Below, piece by piece: positions 1 through 13,509 of a stretch of DNA of 64,000 nucleotides. The notes beneath the pieces were generated by a model. The model made no database searches and was not told the origin of the DNA. It was given only the letters and a program-made list of their open reading frames with translations. Within the stretch, counting starts at the first letter, position 1. Each line of letters opens with the position of its first letter. The translations under genes were made by a program, and so were the position numbers. Source of the stretch: Eledone cirrhosa (lineage: Eukaryota); NCBI GenBank assembly GCA_964016885.1, contig OZ024747.1, forward strand, positions 52,576,001 through 52,640,000, written 5' to 3'.

Positions 1-3000
1 GTGTAGAGTAAAACAGAGAGAACCAGTATATAGGACAGAGTCGGTGTAGAGTAAAACAGAGAGAACCAGTACGTAGCACAGAGTCGCTGTAGAGTAAAAC
101 AGAGAGAACCAGTACGTAGCACAGAGTCGGTGTAGAGTAAAACAGAGAGAACCAGTACATAGGACAGTGTTGGTGTAGAGTAAAACAGAGAGGACCAGTA
201 CATAGGACAGTGTTGGTGTAGAGTAAAACAGAGAGAACCAGTACGTAGCACAGAGTCGCTGTAGAGTAAAACAGAGAGAACCAGTACATAGGACAGTGTT
301 GGTGTAGAGTAAAACAGAGAGAACCAGTACATAGAACAGAGTCGGTGTAGAGTAAGACAGAGAGAACCAGTACATAGGACAGTGTTGGTGTAGAGTAAAA
401 CAGAGAGAACCAGTACGTAGCACAGTGTTGGTGTAGAGTAAAACAGAGAGAACCAGTACGTAGCACAGAGTCGGTGTAGAGTAAGACAGAGAGAACCAGT
501 ACATAGGACAGTGTTGGTGTAGAGTAAAACAGAGAGAACCAGTACGTAGCACAGAGTCGGTGTAGAGTAAAACAGAGAGAACCAGTACGTAGCACAGAGT
601 CGGTGTAGAGTAAAACAGAGAGAACCAGTACATAGGACAGTGTTGGTGTAGAGTAAAACAGAGAGAACCAGTACATAGGACATTGTTGGTGTAGAGTAAA
701 ACAGAGAGAACCAGTACGTAGCACAGAGTCGGTGTAGAGTAAAACAGAGAGAACCAGTACATAGGAGAGTGTTGGTGTAGAGTAAAACAGAGAGAACCAG
801 TACATAGGACAGTGTTGGTGTAGAGTAAAACAGAGAGAACCAGTACATAGGACAGAGTAGCTGTAGTGTAAAACAGAGAACAGAGAGAACCAGTACATAG
901 GACAGTGTTGGTGTAGAGTAAAACAGAGAGAACCAGTACGTAGCACAGAGTCGGTGTAGAGTAAAACAGAGAGAACCAGTACATAGGACAGAGTCGGTGT
1001 AGAGTAAAACAGAGAGAACCAGTACATAGGACATTGTTGGTGTAGAGTAAAACAGAGAGAACCAGTACGTAGCACAGTGTTGGTGTAGAGTAAAACAGAG
1101 AGAACCAGTACGTAGCACAGAGTCGCTGTAGAGTAAAACAGAGAGAACCAGTACATAGGACAGTGTTGGTGTAGAGTAAAACAGAGAGAACCAGTACATA
1201 GGACAGTGTTGGTGTAGGGTAAAACAGAGAGAACCAGTACGTAGCACAGAGTCGGTGTAGAGTAAAACAGAGAGAACCAGTACGTAGCACAGAGTCGGTG
1301 TAGAGTAAAACAGAGAGAACCAGTACATAGGACAGTGTTGGTGTAGAGTAAAACAGAGAGAACCAGTACATAGGACAGTGTTGGTGTAGAGTAAAACAGA
1401 GAGAACCAGTACATAGGACAGAGTAGGTGTAGTGTAAAACAGAGAACAGAGAGAACCAGTACGTAGCACAGTGTTGGTGTAGAGTAAAACAGAGAGAACC
1501 AGTACGTAGCACAGAGTCGGTGTAGAGTAAAACAGAGAGAACCAGTACGTAGCACAGACTCGGTGTAGAGTAAAACAGAGAGAACCAGTACGTAGCACAG
1601 AGTCGGTGTAGAGTAAAACAGAGAGAGCCAGTACATAGAACAGAGTCGGTGTAGAGTAAAACAGAGAGAACCAGTACATAGGACAGAGTCACTGTAGAGT
1701 AAAACAGAGAGAACTAGTACATAGGACAGAGTCAGAGTAGAGTAAAACAGAGAGAACCAGTACATAGGACAGAGTCGGTGTAGAGTAAAACAGAGAGAAC
1801 CAGTACATAGGACAGAGTTGATGTAGGGTAAAACAGAGAGAACTAGTACATAGGACAGAGTTGGTGTAGTGTAAAACAGAGAGAACCAGTACATAGGACA
1901 GAGTCGGTGTAGAGTAAAACATAGAGAACCAGTACATAGGACAGAGTTGATGTAGGGTAAAACAGAGAGAACCAGTACATAGGACAGAGTAGGTGTAGAG
2001 TAAAACAGAGAGAACCAGTACATAGGACAGTGTTGGTGTAGAGTAAAACAGAGAGAACCAGTACGTAGCACAGAGTCGGTGTAGAGTAAAACAGAGAGAA
2101 CCAGTACATAGGACAGTGTTGGTGTAGAGTAAAACAGAGAGAACCAGTACATAGGACAGTGTTGGTGTAGAGTAAAACAGAGAGAACCAGTACATAGGAC
2201 AGAGTAGGTGTAGTGTAAAATAGAGAACAGAGAGAACCAGTACATAGGACAGTGTTGGTGTAGAGTAAAACAGAGAGAACCAGTACGTAGCACAGAGTCG
2301 CTGTAGAGTAAAACAGAGAGAACCAGTACATAGGACAGTGTTGGTGTAGAGTAAAACAGAGAGAACCAGTACATAGGACAGTGTTGGTGTAGAGTAAAAC
2401 AGAGAGAACCAGTACATAGGACAGAGTAGGTGTAGTGTAAAACAGAGAGAACCAGTACATATGACAGAGTAGGTGTAGAGTAAAACAGAGAGAACCAGTA
2501 TATAGGACAGAGTCGGTGTAGAGTAAAACAGAGAGAACCAGTACGTAGCACAGAGTCGCTGTAGAGTAAAACAGAGAGAACCAGTACATAGGACAGTGTT
2601 GGTGTAGAGTAAAACAGAGAGGACCAGTACATAGGACAGTGTTGGTGTAGAGTAAAACAGAGAGAACCAGTACGTAGCACAGAGTCGCTGTAGAGTAAAA
2701 CAGAGAGAACCAGTACATAGGACAGTGTTGGTGTAGAGTAAAACAGAGAGAACCAGTACATAGAACAGAGTCGGTGTAGAGTAAGACAGAGAGAACCAGT
2801 ACATAGGACAGTGTTGGTGTAGAGTAAAACAGAGAGAACCAGTACGTAGCACAGTGTTGGTGTAGAGTAAAACAGAGAGAACCAGTACGTAGCACAGAGT
2901 CGGTGTAGAGTAAGACAGAGAGAACCAGTACATAGGACAGTGTTGGTGTAGAGTAAAACAGAGAGAACCAGTACGTAGCACAGAGTCGGTGTAGAGTAAA

Positions 3001-6000
3001 ACAGAGAGAACCAGTACGTAGCACAGAGTCGGTGTAGAGTAAAACAGAGAGAACCAGTACATAGGACAGTGTTGGTGTAGAGTAAAACAGAGAGAACCAG
3101 TACATAGGACATTGTTGGTGTAGAGTAAAACAGAGAGAACCAGTACGTAGCACAGAGTCGGTGTAGAGTAAAACAGAGAGAACCAGTACATAGGAGAGTG
3201 TTGGTGTAGAGTAAAACAGAGAGAACCAGTACATAGGACAGTGTTGGTGTAGAGTAAAACAGAGAGAACCAGTACATAGGACAGAGTAGCTGTAGTGTAA
3301 AACAGAGAACAGAGAGAACCAGTACATAGGACAGTGTTGGTGTAGAGTAAAACAGAGAGAACCAGTACGTAGCACAGAGTCGGTGTAGAGTAAAACAGAG
3401 AGAACCAGTACATAGGACAGAGTCGGTGTAGAGTAAAACAGAGAGAACCAGTACATAGGACATTGTTGGTGTAGAGTAAAACAGAGAGAACCAGTACGTA
3501 GCACAGTGTTGGTGTAGAGTAAAACAGAGAGAACCAGTACGTAGCACAGAGTCGGTGTAGAGTAAAACAGAGAGAACCAGTACGTAGCACAGAGTCGGTG
3601 TAGAGTAAAACAGAGAGAACAAGTACGTAGCACAGAGTCGGTGTAGAGTAAAACAGAGAGAACCAGTACATAGGACAGTGTTGGTGTAGAGTTAAACAGA
3701 GAGAACCAGTACATAGGACAGTGTTGGTGTAGAGTAAAACAGAGAGAACCAGTACATAGCACAGAGTCGATGTAGAGTAAAACAGAGAGAACCAGTACAT
3801 AGGACAGTGTTGGTGTAGAGTAAAACAGAGAGAACCAGTACATAGGACAGAGTCACTGTAGAGTAAAACAGAGAGAACCAGTACGTAGCACAGTTGTGGT
3901 GTAGAGTAAAACAGAGAGAACCAGTAGGTAGCACAGAGTCGCTGTAGAGTAAAACAGAGAGAACCAGTACATAGAACAGAGTCGGTGTAGAGTAAAACAG
4001 AGAGAACCAGTACATAGGACAGAGTCACTGTAGAGTAAAACAGAGAACTAGTACATAGGACAGAGTCAGAGTAGAGTAAAACAGAGAGAACCAGTACATA
4101 GGACAGAGTCGGTGTAGAGTAAAACAGAGAGAACCAGTACATAGGACAGAGTTGATGTAGGGTAAAACAGAGAGAACCAGTACATAGGACAGAGTTGGTG
4201 TACTGTAAAACAGAGAGAACCAGTACATAGGACAGAGTCGGTGTAGAGTAAAACATAGAGAACACGTACATAGGACAGAGTTGATGTAGGGTAAAACAGA
4301 GAGAACCAGTACATAGGACAGAGTAGGTGTAGAGTAAAACAGAGAGAACCAGTACATAGGACAGTGTTGGTGTAGAGTAAAACAGAGAGAACCAGTACGT
4401 AGCACAGAGTCGGTGTAGAGTAAAACAGAGAGAACCAGTACGTAGCACAGAGTCGGTGTAGAGTAAAACAGAGAGAACCAGTACATAGGACAGTGTTGGT
4501 GTAGAGTAAAACAGAGAGAACCAGTACATAGGACAGTGTTGGTGTAGAGTAAAACAGAGAGAACCAGTACATAGGACAGAGTAGGTGTAGTGTAAAATAG
4601 AGAACAGAGAGAACCAGTACATAGGACAGTGTTGGTGTAGAGTAAAACAGAGAGAACCAGTACGTAGCACAGAGTCGCTGTAGAGTAAAACAGAGAGAAC
4701 CAGTACATAGGACAGTGTTGGTGTAGAGTAAAACAGAGAGAACCAGTACATAGGACAGTGTTGGTGTAGAGTAAAACAGAGAGAACCAGTACATAGGACA
4801 GAGTAGGTGTAGTGTAAAACAGAGAGAACCAGTACATATGACAGAGTAGGTGTAGAGTAAAACAGAGAGAACCAGTATATAGGACAGAGTCGGTGTAGAG
4901 TAAAACAGAGAGAACCAGTACGTAGCACAGAGTCGCTGTAGAGTAAAACAGAGAGAACCAGTACGTAGCACAGAGTCGGTGTAGAGTAAAACAGAGAGAA
5001 CCAGTACATAGGACAGTGTTGGTGTAGAGTAAAACAGAGAGGACCAGTACATAGGACAGTGTTGGTGTAGAGTAAAACAGAGAGAACCAGTACGTAGCAC
5101 AGAGTCGCTGTAGAGTAAAACAGAGAGAACCAGTACATAGGACAGTGTTGGTGTAGAGTAAAACAGAGAGAACCAGTACATAGAACAGAGTCGGTGTAGA
5201 GTAAGACAGAGAGAACCAGTACATAGGACAGTGTTGGTGTAGAGTAAAACAGAGAGAACCAGTACGTAGCACAGTGTTGGTGTAGAGTAAAACAGAGAGA
5301 ACCAGTACGTAGCACAGAGTCGGTGTAGAGTAAGACAGAGAGAACCAGTACATAGGACAGTGTTGGTGTAGAGTAAAACAGAGAGAACCAGTACGTAGCA
5401 CAGAGTCGGTGTAGAGTAAAACAGAGAGAACCAGTACGTAGCACAGAGTCGGTGTAGAGTAAAACAGAGAGAACCAGTACATAGGACAGTGTTGGTGTAG
5501 AGTAAAACAGAGAGAACCAGTACATAGGACATTGTTGGTGTAGAGTAAAACAGAGAGAACCAGTACGTAGCACAGAGTCGGTGTAGAGTAAAACAGAGAG
5601 AACCAGTACATAGGAGAGTGTTGGTGTAGAGTAAAACAGAGAGAACCAGTACATAGGACAGTGTTGGTGTAGAGTAAAACAGAGAGAACCAGTACATAGG
5701 ACAGAGTAGCTGTAGTGTAAAACAGAGAACAGAGAGAACCAGTACATAGGACAGTGTTGGTGTAGAGTAAAACAGAGAGAACCAGTACGTAGCACAGAGT
5801 CGGTGTAGAGTAAAACAGAGAGAACCAGTACATAGGACAGAGTCGGTGTAGAGTAAAACAGAGAGAACCAGTACATAGGACATTGTTGGTGTAGAGTAAA
5901 ACAGAGAGAACCAGTACGTAGCACAGTGTTGGTGTAGAGTAAAACAGAGAGAACCAGTACGTAGCACAGAGTCGGTGTAGAGTAAAACAGAGAGAACCAG

Positions 6001-7970
6001 TACGTAGCACAGAGTCGGTGTAGAGTAAAACAGAGAGAACAAGTACGTAGCACAGAGTCGGTGTAGAGTAAAACAGAGAGAACCAGTACATAGGACAGTG
6101 TTGGTGTAGAGTTAAACAGAGAGAACCAGTACATAGGACAGTGTTGGTGTAGAGTAAAACAGAGAGAACCAGTACGTAGCACAGAGTCGATGTAGAGTAA
6201 AACAGAGAGAACCAGTACATAGGACAGTGTTGGTGTAGAGTAAAACAGAGAGAACCAGTACATAGGACAGAGTCACTGTAGAGTAAAACAGAGAGAACCA
6301 GTACGTAGCACAGTTGTGGTGTAGAGTAAAACAGAGAGAACCAGTAGGTAGCACAGAGTCGCTGTAGAGTAAAACAGAGAGAACCAGTACATAGAACAGA
6401 GTCGGTGTAGAGTAAAACAGAGAGAACCAGTACATAGGACAGAGTCACTGTAGAGTAAAACAGAGAACTAGTACATAGGACAGAGTCAGAGTAGAGTAAA
6501 ACAGAGAGAACCAGTACATAGGACAGAGTCGGTGTAGAGTAAAACAGAGAGAACCAGTACATAGGACAGAGTTGATGTAGGGTAAAACAGAGAGAACCAG
6601 TACATAGGACAGAGTTGGTGTACTGTAAAACAGAGAGAACCAGTACATAGGACAGAGTCGGTGTAGAGTAAAACATAGAGAACACGTACATAGGACAGAG
6701 TTGATGTAGGGTAAAACAGAGAGAACCAGTACATAGGACAGAGTAGGTGTAGAGTAAAACAGAGAGAACCAGTACATAGGACAGTGTTGGTGTAGAGTAA
6801 AACAGAGAGAACCAGTACGTAGCACAGAGTCGGTGTAGAGTAAAACAGAGAGAACCAGTACGTAGCACAGAGTCGGTGTAGAGTAAAACAGAGAGAACCA
6901 GTACATAGGACAGTGTTGGTGTAGAGTAAAACAGAGAGAACCAGTACATAGGACAGTGTTGGTGTAGAGTAAAACAGAGAGAACCAGTACATAGGACAGA
7001 GTAGGTGTAGTGTAAAACAGAGAACAGAGAGAACCAGTACATAGGACAGTGTTGGTGTAGAGTAAAACAGAGAGAACCAGTACGTAGCACAGAGTCGCTG
7101 TAGAGTAAAACAGAGAGAACCAGTACATAGGACAGTGTTGGTGTAGAGTAAAACAGAGAGAACCAGTACATAGGACAGTGTTGGTGTAGAGTAAAAATGA
7201 GAGAACCAGTACATAGGACAGAGTAGGTGTAGTGTAAAACAGAGAGAACCAGTACATATGACAGAGTAGGTGTAGAGTAAAACAGAGAGAACCAGTATAT
7301 AGGACAGAGTCGGTGTAGAGTAAAACAGAGAGAACCAGTACGTAGCACAGAGTCGCTGTAGAGTAAAACAGAGAGAACCAGTACGTAGCACAGAGTCGGT
7401 GTAGAGTAAAACAGAGAGAACCAGTACATAGGACAGTGTTGGTGTAGAGTAAAACAGAGAGGACCAGTACATAGGACAGTGTTGGTGTAGAGTAAAACAG
7501 AGAGAACCAGTACGTAGCACAGAGTCGCTGTAGAGTAAAACAGAGAGAACCAGTACATAGGACAGTGTTGGTGTAGAGTAAAACAGAGAGAACCAGTACA
7601 TAGAACAGAGTCGGTGTAGAGTAAGACAGAGAGAACCAGTACATAGGACAGTGTTGGTGTAGAGTAAAACAGAGAGAACCAGTACGTAGCACAGTGTTGG
7701 TGTAGAGTAAAACAGAGAGAACCAGTACGTAGCACAGAGTCGGTGTAGAGTAAGACAGAGAGAACCAGTACATAGGACAGTGTTGGTGTAGAGTAAAACA
7801 GAGAGAACCAGTACGTAGCACAGAGTCGGTGTAGAGTAAAACAGAGAGAACCAGTACGTAGCACAGAGTCGGTGTAGAGTAAAACAGAGAGAACCAGTAC
7901 ATAGGACAGTGTTGGTGTAGAGTAAAACAGAGAGAACCAGTACATAGGACATTGTTGGTGTAGAGTAAAA
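1..7970. repeat. Higher-order repeat, ~2.4-kb (56-monomer) period, about 3 copies
   Basis: The rare marker GTATATAGG occurs at 26, 2498, 4875 and 7295, and GAGGACCAG at ~190, ~2620, ~5040 and ~7460. ORF-track pairs 3692..4015/6112..6435 and starts 4025/6445 are offset by 2420 = 56x43+7+7-2. Confidence 0.9.
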
Positions 7971-10900
7971 CAGAGAGAACCAGTACGTAGCACAGTGTTG
8001 GTGTAGAGTAAAACAGAGAGAACCAGTACGTAGCACAGAGTCGGTGTAGAGTAAAACAGAGAGAACCAGTACGTAGCACAGAGTCGGTGTAGAGTAAAAC
8101 AGAGAGAACCAGTACATAGGACAGTGTTGGTGTAGAGTAAAACAGAGAGAACCAGTACATAGGACAGTGTTGGTGTAGAGTAAAACAGAGAGAACCAGTA
8201 CGTAGCACAGTGTTGGTGTAGAGTAAAACAGAGAGAACCAGTACGTAGCACAGAGTCGATGTAGAGTAAAACAGAGAGAACCAGTACATAGGACAGTGTT
8301 GGTGTAGAGTAAAACAGAGAGAACCAGTACATAGGACAGAGTCACTGTAGAGTAAAACAGAGAGAACCAGTACGTAGCACAGTTGTGGTGTAGAGTAAAA
8401 CAGAGAGAACCAGTACGTAGCACAGAGTCGCTGTAGAGTAAAACAGAGAGAACCAGTACATAGAACAGAGTCGGTGTAGAGTAAAACAGAGAGAACCAGT
8501 ACATAGGACAGAGTCACTGTAGAGTAAAACAGAGAACTAGTACATAGGACAGAGTCAGAGTAGAGTAAAACAGAGAGAACCAGTACATAGGAGAGAGTCG
8601 GTGTAGAGTAAAACAGAGAGAACCAGTACATAGGACAGAGTTGATGTAGGGTAAAACAGAGAGAACCAGTACATAGGACAGAGTTGGTGTACTGTAAAAC
8701 AGAGAGAACCAGTACATAGGACAGAGTCGGTGTAGAGTAAAACATAGAGAACACGTACATAGGACAGAGTTGATGTAGGGTAAAACAGAGAGAACCAGTA
8801 CATAGGAGAGTCAGAGTAGAGTAAAACAGAGAGAACCAGTACATAGGACAGAGTTGGTGTAGAGTAAAACAGAGAGAACCAGTACACAGGACAGAGTTGG
8901 TGTAGAGTAAAACAGAGAGAACCAGTACATATGACAGAGTAGGTGTAGAGTAAAACAGAGAGAACCAGTACATAGGACAGAGTCGGTGTAGAGTAAAACA
9001 GAGAGAACCAGTACATAGGAGAGTGTTGGTGTAGAGTAAAACAGAGAGAACCAGTACATAGGACAGTGTTGGTGTAGAGTAAAACAGAGAGAACCAGTAC
9101 ATAGGACAGAGTAGCTGTAGTGTAAAACAGAGAACAGAGAGAACCAGTACATAGGACAGTGTTGGTGTAGAGTAAAACAGAGAGAACCAGTACGTAGCAC
9201 AGAGTCGGTGTAGAGTAAAACAGAGAGAACCAGTACATAGGACAGTGTTGGTGTAGAGTTAAACAGAGAGAACCAGTACATAGGACAGTGTTGGTGTAGA
9301 GTAAAACAGAGAGAACCAGTACGTAGCACAGAGTCGATGTAGAGTAAAACAGAGAGAACCAGTACATAGGACAGTGTTGGTGTAGAGTAAAACAGAGAGA
9401 ACCAGTACATAGGACAGAGTCACTGTAGAGTAAAACAGAGAGAACCAGTACGTAGCACAGTTGTGGTGTAGAGTAAAACAGAGAGAACCAGTACGTAGCA
9501 CAGAGTCGCTGTAGAGTAAAACAGAGAGAACCAGTACATAGAACAGAGTCGGTGTAGAGTAAAACAGAGAGAACCAGTACATAGGACAGAGTCACTGTAG
9601 AGTAAAACAGAGAACTAGTACATAGGACAGAGTCAGAGTAGAGTAAAACAGAGAGAACCAGTACATAGGACAGAGTCGGTGTAGAGTAAAACAGAGAGAA
9701 CCAGTACATAGGACAGAGTCGGTGTAGAGTAAAACATAGAGAACACGTACATAGGACAGAGTTGATGTAGGGTAAAACAGAGAGAACCAGTACATAGGAC
9801 AGAGTTGGTGTAGAGTAAAACAGAGAGAACCAGTACATAGGAGAGTCAGAGTAGAGTAAAACAGAGAGAACCAGTACATAGGACAGAGTTGGTGTAGAGT
9901 AAAACAGAGAGAACCAGTACACAGGACAGAGTTGGTGTAGAGTAAAACAGAGAGAACCAGTACATATGACAGAGTAGGTGTAGAGTAAAACAGAGAGAAC
10001 CAGTACATAGGACAGAGTCGGTGTAGAGTAAAACAGAGAGAACCAGTACATAGGAGAGTGTTGGTGTAGAGTAAAACAGAGAGAACCAGTACATAGGACA
10101 GTGTTGGTGTAGAGTAAAACAGAGAGAACCAGTACATAGGACAGAGTCGGTGTAGAGTAAAACAGAGAACAGAGAGAACCAGTACGTAGCACAGTGTTGG
10201 TGTAGAGTAAAACAGAGAGAACCAGTACGTAGCACAGAGTCGGTGTAGAGTAAAACAGAGAGAACCAGTACGTAGCACAGAGTCGGTGTAGAGTAAAACA
10301 GAGAGAACCAGTACATAGAACAGAGTCGGTGTAGAGTAAAACAGAGTCATTGTAGAGTAAAACAGAGAGAACTAGTACATAGGACAGAGTCAGAGTAGAG
10401 TAAAACAGAGAGAACCAGTACATAGGACAGAGTCGGTGTAGAGTAAAACAGAGAGAACCAGTACATAGGACAGAGTTGATGTAGGGTAAAACAGAGAGAA
10501 CTAGTACATAGGACAGAGTTGGTGTAGTGTAAAACAGAGAGAACCAGTACATAGGACAGAGTCGGTGTAGAGTAAAACATAGAGAACCAGTACATAGGAC
10601 AGAGTTGATGTAGGGTAAAACAGAGAGAACCAGTACATAGGACAGAGTTGGTGTAGAGTAAAACAGAGAGAACCAGTACATAGGACAGTGTTGGTGTAGA
10701 GTAAAACAGAGAGAACCAGTACATAGGACAGAGTTGGTGTAGAGTAAAACAGAGAGAACCAGTACGTAGCACAGAGTCGGTGTAGAGTAAAACAGAGAGA
10801 ACCAGTACGTAGCACAGAGTCGGTGTAGAGTAAAACAGAGAGAACCAGTACATAGGACAGTGTTGGTGTACTGTAAAACAGAGAGAACCAGTACATAGGA

Positions 10901-13509
10901 CAGAGTTGATGTAGGGTAAAACAGAGAGAACCAGTACATAGGACAGAGTTGGTGTACTGTAAAACAGAGAGAACCAGTACATAGGACAGAGTCGGTGTAG
11001 AGTAAAACATAGAGAACACGTACATAGGACAGAGTTGATGTAGGGTAAAACAGAGAGAACCAGTACATAGGACAGAGTTGGTGTAGAGTAAAACAGAGAG
11101 AACCAGTACATAGGACAGAGTTGGTGTAGAGTAAAACAGAGAGAACCAGTACACAGGACAGAGTTGGTGTAGAGTAAAACAGAGAGAACCAGTACATATG
11201 ACAGAGTAGGTGTAGAGTAAAACAGAGAGAACCAGTACATAGGACAGAGTCGGTGTAGAGTAAAACAGAGAGAACCAGTACATAGGACAGTGTTGGTGTA
11301 GAGTAAAACAGAGAGAACCAGTACATAGGACAGTGTTGGTGTAGAGTAAAACAGAGAGAACCAGTACATAGGACAGAGTAGCTGTAGTGTAAAACAGAGA
11401 ACAGAGAGAACCAGTACATAGGACAGTGTTGGTGTAGAGTAAAACAGAGAGAACCAGTACATAGGACAGTGTTGGTGTAGAGTAAAACAGAGAGAACCAG
11501 TACGTAGCACAGAGTCGGTGTAGAGTAAAACAGAGAGAACCAGTACGTAGCACAGAGTCGGTGTAGAGTAAAACAGAGAGAACAAGTACATAGGACAGTG
11601 TTGGTGTAGAGTAAAACAGAGAGAACCAGTACGTAGCACAGAGTCGGTGTAGAGTAAAACAGAGAGAACCAGTACGTAGCACAGAGTCGGTGTAGAGTAA
11701 AACAGAGAGAACCAGTACATAGGACAGTGTTGGTGTAGAGTAAAACAGAGAGAACCAGTACATAGGACAGTGTTGGTGTAGAGTAAAACAGAGAGAACCA
11801 GTACGTAGCACAGTGTTGGTGTAGAGTAAAACAGAGAGAACGAGTACGTAGCACAGAGTCGCTGTAGAGTAAAACAGAGAGAACCAGTACATAGAACAGA
11901 GTCGGTGTAGAGTAAAACAGAGAGAACCAGTACATAGGACAGAGTCACTGTAGAGTAAAACAGAGAGAACTAGTACATAGGACAGAGTCAGAGTAGGGTA
12001 AAACAGAGAGAACCAGTACGTAGCACAGAGTCGGTGTAGAGTAAAACAGAGAGAACCAGTACATAGGACAGTGTTGGTGTAGAGTAAAACAGAGAGAACC
12101 AGTACATAGGACATTGTTGGTGTAGAGTAAAACAGAGAGAACCAGTACGTAGCTCAGTGTTGGTGTAGAGTAAAACAGAGAGAACCAGTACGTAGCACAG
12201 AGTCGGTGTAGAGTAAAACAGAGAGAACCAGTACGTAGCACAGAGTCGGTGTAGAGTAAAACAGAGAGAACCAGTACGTAGCACAGAGTCGGTGTAGAGT
12301 AAAACAGAGAGAACCAGTACATAGGACAGTGTTGGTGTAGAGTAAAACAGAGAGAACCAGTACATAGGACAGTGTTGGTGTAGAGTAAAACAGAGAGAAC
12401 CAGTACGTAGCACAGAGTCGATGTAGAGTAAAACAGAGAGAACCAGTACATAGGACAGTGTTGGTGTAGAGTAAAACAGAGAGAACCAGTACATAGGACA
12501 GTGTTGGTGTAGAGTAAAACAGAGAGAACCAGTACGTAGCACAGAGTCGATGTAGAGTAAAACAGAGAGAACCAGTACATAGGACAGAGTCACTGTAGAG
12601 TAAAACAGAGAGAACCAGTACGTAGCACAGTTGTGGTGTAGAGTAAAACAGAGAGAACCAGTACGTAGCACAGAGTCGCTGTAGAGTAAAACAGAGAGAA
12701 CCAGTACATAGAACAGAGTCAGAGTAGAGTAAAACAGAGAGAACCAGTACATAGGACAGAGTCGGTGTAGAGTAAAACAGAGAGAACCAGTACATAGGAC
12801 AGAGTTGATGTAGGGTAAAACAGAGAGAACCAGTACATAGGACAGAGTTGGTGTACTGTAAAACAGAGAGAACCAGTACATAGGACAGAGTCGGTGTAGA
12901 GTAAAACATAGAGAACACGTACATAGGACAGATTTGATGTAGGGTAAAACAGAGAGAACCAGTACATAGGACAGAGTTGGTGTAGAGTAAAACAGAGAGA
13001 ACCAGTACATAGGAGAGTCAGAGTAGAGTAAAACAGAGAGAACCAGTACATAGGACAGAGTTGGTGTAGAGTAAAACAGAGAGAACCAGTACCCAGGACA
13101 GAGTTGGTGTAGAGTAAAACAGAGAGAACCAGTACATAGGACAGAGTCGGTGTAGAGTAAAACAGAGAGAACCAGTACATAGGAGAGTGTTGGTGTAGAG
13201 TAAAACAGAGAGAACTAGTACATAGGACAGTGTTGGTGTAGAGTAAAACAGAGAGAACCAGTACATAGGACAGAGTAGCTGTAGTGTAAAACAGAGAACA
13301 GAGAGAACCAGTACATAGGACAGTGTTGGTGTAGAGTAAAGAAGAGAGAACCAGTACGTAGCACAGAGTCGGTGTAGAGTAAAACAGAGAGAACCAGTAC
13401 GTAGCACAGAGTCGGTGTAGAGTAAAACAGAGAGAACCAGTACATAGGACAGTGTTGGTGTAGAGTAAAACAGAGAGAACCAGTACATAGGACATTGTTG
13501 GTGTAGAGT

